DNA from: Kofleriaceae bacterium
GTDB taxonomy: Bacteria; Myxococcota_A; Polyangia; Haliangiales; Haliangiaceae
Assembly: GCA_046597055.1 (NCBI GenBank)
Contig: JBKJLC010000233.1
Span: forward strand, 1 to 10,509
DNA length: 10,509 nucleotides
Reading direction: 5' to 3'
Shown: in pieces, positions 1 through 7,703 of the stretch
Numbering within the stretch: position 1 is the stretch's first letter
Layout of the letters: every line of letters starts with the position of its first letter
Notes under the pieces: generated by a model
What the model saw: the letters and a program-made list of their open reading frames with translations, nothing else
The model's database searches: none
Told to the model about the DNA's origin: nothing
Position numbers and translations under genes: made by a program

Positions 1-357
1 GAGAAGACCGCACGCCGGCGCGCGGTGCCGTGGGTGCTCGGCGGGACAGGGCTGCTCGCGGCGGGCGCGATCACGACGTCGATCCTCGCGAGCATCAAGG
101 ATGGCAACGCGAGCGACCTGCGCGACGGCATCGACATGGGCAACCGGCCTCCGAGCGACGGTGATCGCTACGATGCGCAGGTTCGCGGGCGCGATCGCTA
201 CGTCACCACGACGTGGGTGCTCGGCGGCGCAGCGGTGACGGCAGGCGCCGTCGGCGTGCTGCTCTTGCGGTTCGATTCACCGGCGGCCGAAGGGGTGCAG
301 ATCACGCCTGTCGTTGGTGGATCAACAACGGGTCTCAGCCTCGGCGGCTCGTTCTAG
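1..357 (+). CDS. C-terminal part of a PEGA/TPR-type exported protein (5'-truncated), paralogue of 2051..3331
   Basis: Frame 1 is open from base 1 to TAG at 355-357. It encodes two Gly/Ala-rich hydrophobic segments (VPWVLGGTGLLAAGAI; WVLGGAAVTAGAVGVLLL) and ends in GVQITPVVGGSTTGLSLGGSF. This aligns motif by motif with the C-terminus of 2051..3331. The PEGA/TPR part is inferred from that paralogy and lies outside the window. Confidence 0.8.
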   Translation, partial: EKTARRRAVPWVLGGTGLLAAGAITTSILASIKDGNASDLRDGIDMGNRPPSDGDRYDAQVRGRDRYVTTTWVLGGAAVTAGAVGVLLLRFDSPAAEGVQITPVVGGSTTGLSLGGSF

Positions 358-359
358 CT

Positions 360-365
360 TACAAT
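360..365 (+). promoter_or_regulatory. Possible -10 element (TACAAT) in front of the kinase gene
   Basis: 5/6 match to TATAAT in a 16-nt intergenic gap, 8 nt upstream of GTG 374. No Shine-Dalgarno before the GTG and no clear -35. Confidence 0.3.
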
Positions 366-373
366 CGACGTGG

Positions 374-2002
<1,629 letters not shown>

Positions 2003-2023
2003 TGGGCTAGCTTTTCGCCCGGG

Positions 2024-2039
2024 CCCGGCCCGGGCCGGG
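2024..2039. repeat. Perfect 16-bp GC palindrome in the kinase/PEGA intergenic gap
   Basis: CCCGGCCCGGGCCGGG equals its own reverse complement; it sits inside a G/C-only run at 2016-2041. Confidence 0.6.
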
Positions 2040-2050
2040 GGAATCCAAGC

Positions 2051-3331
2051 ATGCACATGTCTCGTGGTGCGCGCGTTCCGGACCGCGGCGGATCCCACGC
2101 CCGCGGGATCCGGATCGTCGTGTCCGGTCTCGTCGTCGCTCTCGTCGCCCTCGTTGTCGCCGCACGCGCGGCCCCGCCGGCCGCCGCCGAGGACCAGCGC
2201 GGCGAGGCCGAGCGCTACTTCCGCACCGGCGAGCGACTGTTCAACGCCGGCGAGTTCAGTGCCGCGGCCGCCTCGTTCGAGGACGCCTTCGAGATCCTGC
2301 CCTTGCCAGCGATCGCGTTCTCGGCGGCGCAGGCCTACCGGCTGGCCTGGGTGCGCAGCAAGGAGCCGGCCCGGCTCAAGCGCGCGGTCGAGCTCTACCG
2401 GATCTACCTCGACAAGGTGAAGACCGGCGAGCGCGTCACCGATGCCACCACCGCGCTCGGCGAGCTCGAGCCGCAGCTGCGCCTGCTCGAGGCCGGTGGC
2501 GCGATCGCGGGCGGCGCCCAGCCGCGGCAGAGTGGCCTGATGATCACGTCGGAGGTGTCGCCCGCGCTCGGCAAGGTCGGCAACGATCCGCGCCCGGCCG
2601 GCGCGCTGCCGCTGGTCCGCGAGCTGCCGCCGGGCGATTACGACGTCACGGTCGAGGCCAGGGGCTACGTCACCCGCACCATCAAGGCGACCGTGATCGC
2701 CGGCGAGCTGGTGCCGGTCGAGGTCGACCTCGAGGCGATGCCGGCCACCATCGTCGTCAAGGTCGGGTCCGGCGCCACCGTCAGCGTGGATGGCCGCGTG
2801 GTCGGCACCTCGCCGATCGCTCGACCGCTGGCGGTCGACGCCGGCCGCCACTTCGTCACGATCACCCGGCGCGGGTCGCACGCGGTCGCGCGCGAGGTCG
2901 AGCTCGCGCGTGGCGAGTCGATCACGCTCGAGCCTCGGCTGCGCACCACCGGGCAGCGCAAGATCGCGCGCGTCGTGCTGGGGGGCTCGGGGGTGCTCCT
3001 GGTCGGGGCCGGCCTGGCCGGTCTCGGCGCGCTCGGCGCCGATAGCGACGCCGCCGACCTCGACCAACAACGTCAGACCACCGGCATCACGCCGGCCGCG
3101 CTGGCGCGCTATCAGCAGCTGCGTCAGGACCGCGACGCCCTCAAGACCACGATGTGGGGGCTCGGCGGCGCCGCGGTGGTCGTCGGCACCACCGGCCTGC
3201 TGCTGTACCTGTTCGATCGCGAACAGCCCGAGGCGCCGAGCGCCCCGCTGACCGGCGGGCGCGGCGGCGTCACCCTGATCCCGTCGGTTGGCGCCGGTGC
3301 CGCCGGGCTCGTGGTGCGCGGTGGCTTCTAG
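2051..3331 (+). CDS. Exported TPR + PEGA domain protein with C-terminal hydrophobic hairpin and terminal Phe
   Basis: Signal-peptide-like RIVVSGLVVALVALVVAARA. TPR-like helices (EAERYFRTGERLFNAGEFSAAAASFEDAF...AFSAAQAYR). Two PEGA-like units (LPPGDYDVTVEARGY; GATVSVDGRVVGTSP...AGRHFVTITRRG). Two hydrophobic segments, then ...AGLVVRGGF. The true start may be somewhat downstream of 2051. Confidence 0.88.
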   Translation: MHMSRGARVPDRGGSHARGIRIVVSGLVVALVALVVAARAAPPAAAEDQRGEAERYFRTGERLFNAGEFSAAAASFEDAFEILPLPAIAFSAAQAYRLAWVRSKEPARLKRAVELYRIYLDKVKTGERVTDATTALGELEPQLRLLEAGGAIAGGAQPRQSGLMITSEVSPALGKVGNDPRPAGALPLVRELPPGDYDVTVEARGYVTRTIKATVIAGELVPVEVDLEAMPATIVVKVGSGATVSVDGRVVGTSPIARPLAVDAGRHFVTITRRGSHAVAREVELARGESITLEPRLRTTGQRKIARVVLGGSGVLLVGAGLAGLGALGADSDAADLDQQRQTTGITPAALARYQQLRQDRDALKTTMWGLGGAAVVVGTTGLLLYLFDREQPEAPSAPLTGGRGGVTLIPSVGAGAAGLVVRGGF

Positions 3332-3332
3332 C

Positions 3333-5981
3333 ATGCAGCGCCCCGTGCCCGTCTTGCTCGGCCTGCGGGTCGTGGTGGGCGTGATGGCCTCGGCCGCCTG
3401 CTCGAACCTGCCGGACGTGACCGCCGGGACCTGCGGCAACGGGGTGGTCGAGCCCGAGCAAGGGGAAGACTGTGATCGGCCCGGCGCCGACTGCGGTGCG
3501 CCGACCGGCGCCAGCGCCTGCCGGCTGCTGTGTGGCCCGGCGGTCGAGGGCGCGGCGGCGTGTCCGGCCGGCGCGGCCTGTGGCAACGACGGCGTCTGCC
3601 ATGCCCCCGGCGGCGAGCTCGCGGTCACCGCCAGCCGGGTGTGGACCTCGCGCCACCTGCTGGTCGGCGATACCACCGGCGACGGCTATCCCGAGCTGAT
3701 CGGCGTCGGCGACAGCCAGCTCGAGGTGCTGCCCGGCGGCGCCGACGGCGCGTTCGCCGCGTCGATCCTCATCCCCAACCTCGCGGTCATCGACGTGCCG
3801 CGCGCCGGTGATGCCAACGGCGACCTGGTCACCGACGTCCTCATCCCGATCGGCATCGGGCTGTACACGCTCGTCGGCGATCCGCTCACGACGCTGCAGC
3901 CGATCCTCCAGGACTCGTTCCTGCTGCCCAGCACCGGCCCGATCGTCGCGACCTCGGTCCAGTACACGATCGGCACCGGCCCCGGGCCGCTGCCGATCAC
4001 CAAGTCGCTGGTCGCGATCCACCTGCGCCAGGGCCCCACCTGCCCGCCGCCCGCCGGCTGTCCGACGCTCCGGCTCGGGGCCGGTGAGGCGGCCTGGCCG
4101 GCGGGTCGCGCCGTCGCGCAGCTCACCCGCGACCAGATCCCGTGGGCGCGTGTGCCCGGTGCCGCCGAGCACGTGATCACCCTGGCGCTGGCCCTGGCCG
4201 ACGACCCCGCCACCCCGCTGGCGGACGAGAGCGGCGTGTTTCTCTACCGCGGCGACGCGATCGCCGAGACCCTCGTCGAGGTCGGCCCGGTCACCGGGCT
4301 GCCCGGCAAGGTCTCGCGCGGCGCGTGGTTCGCCGACCTCGACAGCGACGGCCGCCCCGAACTGGTGGTCGCCACCGCGGGCGGCCCGTTCGGCGATGCG
4401 GTGCTGGTCGGGTGGGGGCGGGTCGACGGCACGTTCGAGCCGCCGGTCTACCTGCTTGGCGGTCCCGGGCCGACCCGGCTGGCGGCGGCCCCGCTCGCCT
4501 GGGCCCTCATCGACGCCGACGGCGCGGCCGATCTGATCACCGAGAGCGGCGTCTACTACACCAGCTGCCTCGCGCGCGCGTGCGCGTTCGTCAGCGGCTC
4601 CCGCCAGGACCGCGAATGGCGCGGCGCCGCGATCGCCGACATCAACGGCGACGGTCGCCGCGACGTGGTCGCCCACAGCCGGGGCGGCGTGATCATCGAC
4701 GTCCTGCTCAGCACCGGCGTGCGCGGCGTCTGGAACGAGGCGCCGATCACCGCGCCCGGCGAGGTGCGCTTCCTCCGCACCGGCGACTTCGACGGCAACG
4801 GCGTGAGCGATGTCGCGCTGGTGACCTCGCCGTTCGACGCGGTCGACAGCGACCAGCTCCACGTCTCGTTCGGGCGCCGCAACGAGCCGCCCACCGCGGC
4901 GGTGTACATGGGCTACATCGGCACCGCGCTCGCGGTCGACCGCACGCTGACATCGATCCCGGGCCGACTCGACACCATCGACGACCTGCTGATGGTCTCG
5001 GAGCGCGCGACTACCCGCGGCGCTGCCCTGGTGCTCGGCTCGACCAGCAAGCGCATGATCGCGCCGCTGATCCCGGCGGCCACCGGCGACCGGTTCAACC
5101 TGGTCGAGGCCACCGTCACCCTGCCGCTCAACGCCGATCCGTACGACGACGTCGTGGTGCTGCTGAGCACGGTCAGCACCAGCAGCGAGGACACCGGCGT
5201 GGCCGGCAGCTCGGTCCGCATCTACACCTCCGACGCCGACGGCACGTTGACCGAGCGGAGCGCGATCGGCGGGGTCGGGCTGGTCGCGACCGGCTTCGTC
5301 GTGCGCGGCGCGCTGTGGGCCACGATCCCGGCCCACGCGGGCGCCCCGGCGCTGATCGTCGGCGCCGATGTCCTCGGCCGCGTGATCACGATCGAGGTTG
5401 CGTGCGGGGCCGGCGCGGGCTGCACCGCGGCCGCCCCGCGCCTGCTGCTGGCCGCGAGCGAGGTTGGGGAACCGACCTCGCTCGACACCACCGATCTCGA
5501 CGGCGATGGCGGCCTCGACGTGATCGCGACCTTCCGCCCGGCCGGCGCCGAGCCGGGCGCGGCCTTCCTGTGGCGCAACCAGGAGGGCACGCTCGGCGAC
5601 GCCCAGCGGCTGCCAGCTCCCGACGGCATGGTCTTCCTCGACGTCGCCGGTGCCGACCTCGATCTCGACGGTCGGCAGGCGCTCTACCTGGTCGCGCGCG
5701 GTGACCTCGGCACCGGCGGCGGCGGCGGCGGCGTCTACGTCGCCGCGCCGGTCGACGGCGCCTACCAGGATCCGGAGCGGGTGGTCGCGCTCGACGCCGT
5801 CGCCGGTCTCGACAAGGGCATCGCGATCCATGGCGGCGACCTCGGCGGCGACGGGTTGCCGGACCTCGCCGTGATCTCCGGCAGCGACCGCGCGACCCCG
5901 CGCGCCATCACCGTGCTGACGCAGCAAGAGCAGCCGGGTGGCGCGGCCGCGCCTCTGGCGTTCGTCCGCCGTTGGCGCTAG
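3333..5981 (+). CDS. Putative lipoprotein with N-terminal Cys-rich domain and FG-GAP/VCBS (integrin-like beta-propeller) repeats (~882 aa)
   Basis: ATG 3333 lies 1 nt after the previous stop. Hydrophobic N-terminus ending SAA-C23. CGNGVVEPEQGEDCD resembles the Myxococcus cysteine-rich repeat. About ten DxxxDGxxD-type motifs (GDTTGDGYPEL, GDANGDLVTDV, ADLDSDGRPEL, DADGAADL, ADINGDGRRDV, GDFDGNGVSDV, LNADPYDDV, DLDGDGGLDV, ADLDLDGRQ, GDLGGDGLPDL). Confidence 0.88.
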   Translation: MQRPVPVLLGLRVVVGVMASAACSNLPDVTAGTCGNGVVEPEQGEDCDRPGADCGAPTGASACRLLCGPAVEGAAACPAGAACGNDGVCHAPGGELAVTASRVWTSRHLLVGDTTGDGYPELIGVGDSQLEVLPGGADGAFAASILIPNLAVIDVPRAGDANGDLVTDVLIPIGIGLYTLVGDPLTTLQPILQDSFLLPSTGPIVATSVQYTIGTGPGPLPITKSLVAIHLRQGPTCPPPAGCPTLRLGAGEAAWPAGRAVAQLTRDQIPWARVPGAAEHVITLALALADDPATPLADESGVFLYRGDAIAETLVEVGPVTGLPGKVSRGAWFADLDSDGRPELVVATAGGPFGDAVLVGWGRVDGTFEPPVYLLGGPGPTRLAAAPLAWALIDADGAADLITESGVYYTSCLARACAFVSGSRQDREWRGAAIADINGDGRRDVVAHSRGGVIIDVLLSTGVRGVWNEAPITAPGEVRFLRTGDFDGNGVSDVALVTSPFDAVDSDQLHVSFGRRNEPPTAAVYMGYIGTALAVDRTLTSIPGRLDTIDDLLMVSERATTRGAALVLGSTSKRMIAPLIPAATGDRFNLVEATVTLPLNADPYDDVVVLLSTVSTSSEDTGVAGSSVRIYTSDADGTLTERSAIGGVGLVATGFVVRGALWATIPAHAGAPALIVGADVLGRVITIEVACGAGAGCTAAAPRLLLAASEVGEPTSLDTTDLDGDGGLDVIATFRPAGAEPGAAFLWRNQEGTLGDAQRLPAPDGMVFLDVAGADLDLDGRQALYLVARGDLGTGGGGGGVYVAAPVDGAYQDPERVVALDAVAGLDKGIAIHGGDLGGDGLPDLAVISGSDRATPRAITVLTQQEQPGGAAAPLAFVRRWR

Positions 5982-5992
5982 GTTGAGGCGCT

Positions 5993-6403
5993 ATGGGTAC
6001 GTCGTCGAAGCGGCTGACGCCGGTGGCCACCACGATGTCGTTCGAGAAGTTCTGGACCTGGCTGCAGGGTCACGTGAACTGCATCGTGCGCGCGGGCACC
6101 CCCGAGGCGGTGCTGTTCGATCATGAGGACTTCCACTGGACGGTCTTCTCCGAGGACGACCACACGCTGCTGGTCCAGGTCGCCCGCGGCAAGGAGCTGG
6201 TCGGCGAGGTCGTCGTGTTCCCGACCGAGATCGCGTACGTGCAGACCGAGCCGGGCGAGCAAGAGGGCGAGTTCGTCTTCGAGTGCGTGATCGAGACCGA
6301 GACCGCCCGCGAGGTCGCCTATCACTTCGTCATGGCGCACGAGTACGACGCGGTCGAGCACCAGCGCGGCGGCGGCGGGCGCGACGACAAGTGGACCCAC
6401 TGA
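5993..6403 (+). CDS. Hypothetical protein, acidic and His-rich, probably cytoplasmic (136 aa)
   Basis: GAGG at 5985-5988 before the ATG, strong G/C third-position bias, globular composition unlike the shadow ORFs, no signal peptide or TM segment. Confidence 0.85.
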   Translation: MGTSSKRLTPVATTMSFEKFWTWLQGHVNCIVRAGTPEAVLFDHEDFHWTVFSEDDHTLLVQVARGKELVGEVVVFPTEIAYVQTEPGEQEGEFVFECVIETETAREVAYHFVMAHEYDAVEHQRGGGGRDDKWTH

Positions 6404-6409
6404 AGGCCC

Positions 6410-6441
6410 GGGATCGAGCCAACGGGGGCTCGTGGGATCCC
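6410..6441 (+). terminator. Stem-loop after the last gene of the upstream cluster (possible terminator or RNA stabiliser)
   Basis: CGAGCC (6415-6420) pairs with GGCTCG (6427-6432), and GGGAT (6410-6414) with ATCCC (6437-6441). There is no adjacent U-tract, so function is uncertain. Confidence 0.3.
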
Positions 6442-6503
6442 CGAAACGCGCGTCTTTCGTGCTAGATCGCCAGGTTACGGGCTCCCGACGACGACGGATC
6501 CCC

Positions 6504-6531
6504 TTGACAGACGAGGGCCCATCCGTAGAAT
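6504..6531 (+). promoter_or_regulatory. Sigma70-type promoter of the str operon
   Basis: TTGACA (6504-6509), 16-nt spacer, TAGAAT (6526-6531), then a GC-rich discriminator-like CTCGCGC; 51 nt upstream of the rpsL ATG. Confidence 0.85.
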
Positions 6532-6582
6532 CTCGCGCTCTCGCCGACCTGACCTGACTCTCTCTTTTCGAGCGGATACCGA

Positions 6583-6954
6583 ATGCCCACGATCAACCAA
6601 CTGGTTCGCCACGGCCGCAAGCTGGTGAAGGCCAAGACGGCCTCGCCGGCCCTCAAGTCCTGCCCGCAGAAGCGCGGCGTCTGCACCCGCGTCTACACGA
6701 CGACCCCCAAGAAGCCGAACTCGGCGTTGCGCAAGGTCGCCCGCGTGCGGTTGACCAACCAGATGGAGGTCACGTCGTACATCCCCGGCGAGGGACACAA
6801 CCTTCAGGAGCACTCGGTCGTGCTGATCCGTGGCGGTCGCGTCAAGGATCTGCCGGGCGTTCGCTATCACATCATCCGCGGCACGCTCGACACCACCGGT
6901 GTCGCGAGCCGCAAGCAGGGCCGTTCGAAGTACGGCACCAAGCGTCCCAAGTAA
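6583..6954 (+). CDS. rpsL: 30S ribosomal protein S12
   Basis: MPTINQLVR..., [43 protein letters not shown]; 123 aa. Confidence 0.99.
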   Translation: MPTINQLVRHGRKLVKAKTASPALKSCPQKRGVCTRVYTTTPKKPNSALRKVARVRLTNQMEVTSYIPGEGHNLQEHSVVLIRGGRVKDLPGVRYHIIRGTLDTTGVASRKQGRSKYGTKRPK

Positions 6955-6966
6955 GAGGATCGTGCC

Positions 6967-7455
6967 ATGCCCCGCAAAGGTGAAGTTCCCAAGCGCAAAG
7001 TCCTCCCGGACCCCAAGTTCACGGACGCGCCCGCTGATACCCGTCGTCGCATCACGAAGTTCGTCAACGTCGTGATGTCGGACGGCAAGAAGTCGACCGC
7101 CGAGAACATCGTCTACAAGGCGTTCGATCTCGTGGCCGAGCGCGCCAAGGACGATCCGTTGAAGGTCTGGGAGCGCGCGCTCGGTAACGTGCGCCCCAAG
7201 GTCGAGGTCAAGAGCCGCCGCGTCGGTGGCTCGACCTACCAGGTCCCCGTCGATGTCCGCCCGGACCGCTCGCTCGCCCTCGGCATGCGCTGGTTGGTCG
7301 AGCACGCGCGCAAGCGCGGCGAGAAGACGATGATCGATCGTCTCGCCAACGAGATCGTCGACGCGGCTCAGAACCGTGGTAACGCGGTCAAGAAGCGCGA
7401 AGACGTTCATAAGATGGCCGACGCCAACAAGGCGTTCGCTCACTACCGCTGGTGA
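6967..7455 (+). CDS. rpsG: 30S ribosomal protein S7
   Basis: MPRK...[45 protein letters not shown] in the 12-nt spacer after rpsL. Confidence 0.99.
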   Translation: MPRKGEVPKRKVLPDPKFTDAPADTRRRITKFVNVVMSDGKKSTAENIVYKAFDLVAERAKDDPLKVWERALGNVRPKVEVKSRRVGGSTYQVPVDVRPDRSLALGMRWLVEHARKRGEKTMIDRLANEIVDAAQNRGNAVKKREDVHKMADANKAFAHYRW

Positions 7456-7461
7456 GCACCG

Positions 7462-7493
7462 GGCGCCGCCTCGTGCGGCGCCAAACTGTTTTT
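7462..7493 (+). terminator. GC hairpin with offset T-tract directly after rpsG (possible attenuator or processing/stability hairpin)
   Basis: GGCGCCGC-ctcgt-GCGGCGCC (8-bp perfect stem, 7462-7482) followed by AAACTG and TTTTT (7489-7493). Confidence 0.45.
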
Positions 7494-7505
7494 GACACCC
7501 ACTGC

Positions 7506-7697
7506 ATCGAGGAGGCGAGGACCACCAGCACGCAGACTTCACCGGGGGCCAGGTAGGCGGCCACGTCCAATGGACCGAACCGCCTGGCTTTGAGAACAGG
7601 ATCGCCACCCAGCATCGGCTGGGTCCCGATCCGGCGCTGACCGCGCGACACCGACTGCTGGCCCCCGCCTGACCTCCGCACAAGGACAGTCCTCGAT
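7506..7697 (+). ncRNA. Candidate structured cis-regulatory RNA in the rpsG-fusA spacer
   Basis: Nested complementary segments found by eye: 7506-7513/7690-7697 (8 bp), 7544-7552/7658-7666 (9 bp), enclosing hairpins 7555-7585 and 7599-7632. No known RNA family recognised. Confidence 0.4.
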
Positions 7698-7703
7698 CAC
7701 CAG

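Noticed and set aside
314..373. ORF-track starts at 314 (kinase) and 3288 (FG-GAP protein)
   Set aside because: Both overlap the upstream gene by about 44 nt; in-frame starts at 374 and 3333 remove the overlap, and 3333 restores a normal signal peptide.
4142..5704. Arg-rich alternative-frame + strand ORFs (also 997..2010, 711..1067 and others)
   Set aside because: Off-frame readings of GC3-biased genes giving Arg/Pro/Gly/Ser-rich nonsense proteins.
5714..5732. (GGC)n run as a phase-variable or contingency repeat
   Set aside because: In-frame poly-Gly loop; a triplet unit cannot shift the frame and such runs are common at this GC content.
3270..5927. 885-aa minus-strand ORF, and similar long antisense ORFs at 359..1684, 1994..3676, 5978..6400, 6475..7725, 7824..9764 and 9761..10369
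   Set aside because: Antisense shadows of real genes in high-GC DNA where stops are rare; no recognisable motifs, and they overlap clearly identified + strand genes.
5940..5981. C-terminal AAAPLAFVRRWR of the FG-GAP protein as a MYXO-CTERM/PEP-CTERM sorting signal
   Set aside because: The hydrophobic stretch is too short for a TM helix and the upstream Cys-containing motif is missing.
6583..6954. Streptomycin-resistance alleles in S12
   Set aside because: PKKPNSA and GRVKDLPG are wild type at both key lysines.
7492..7520. Perfect TTGACA at 7492-7497 as an internal fusA promoter
   Set aside because: No -10-like hexamer 16-18 nt downstream (sequence there is GGAGGCGAGG).
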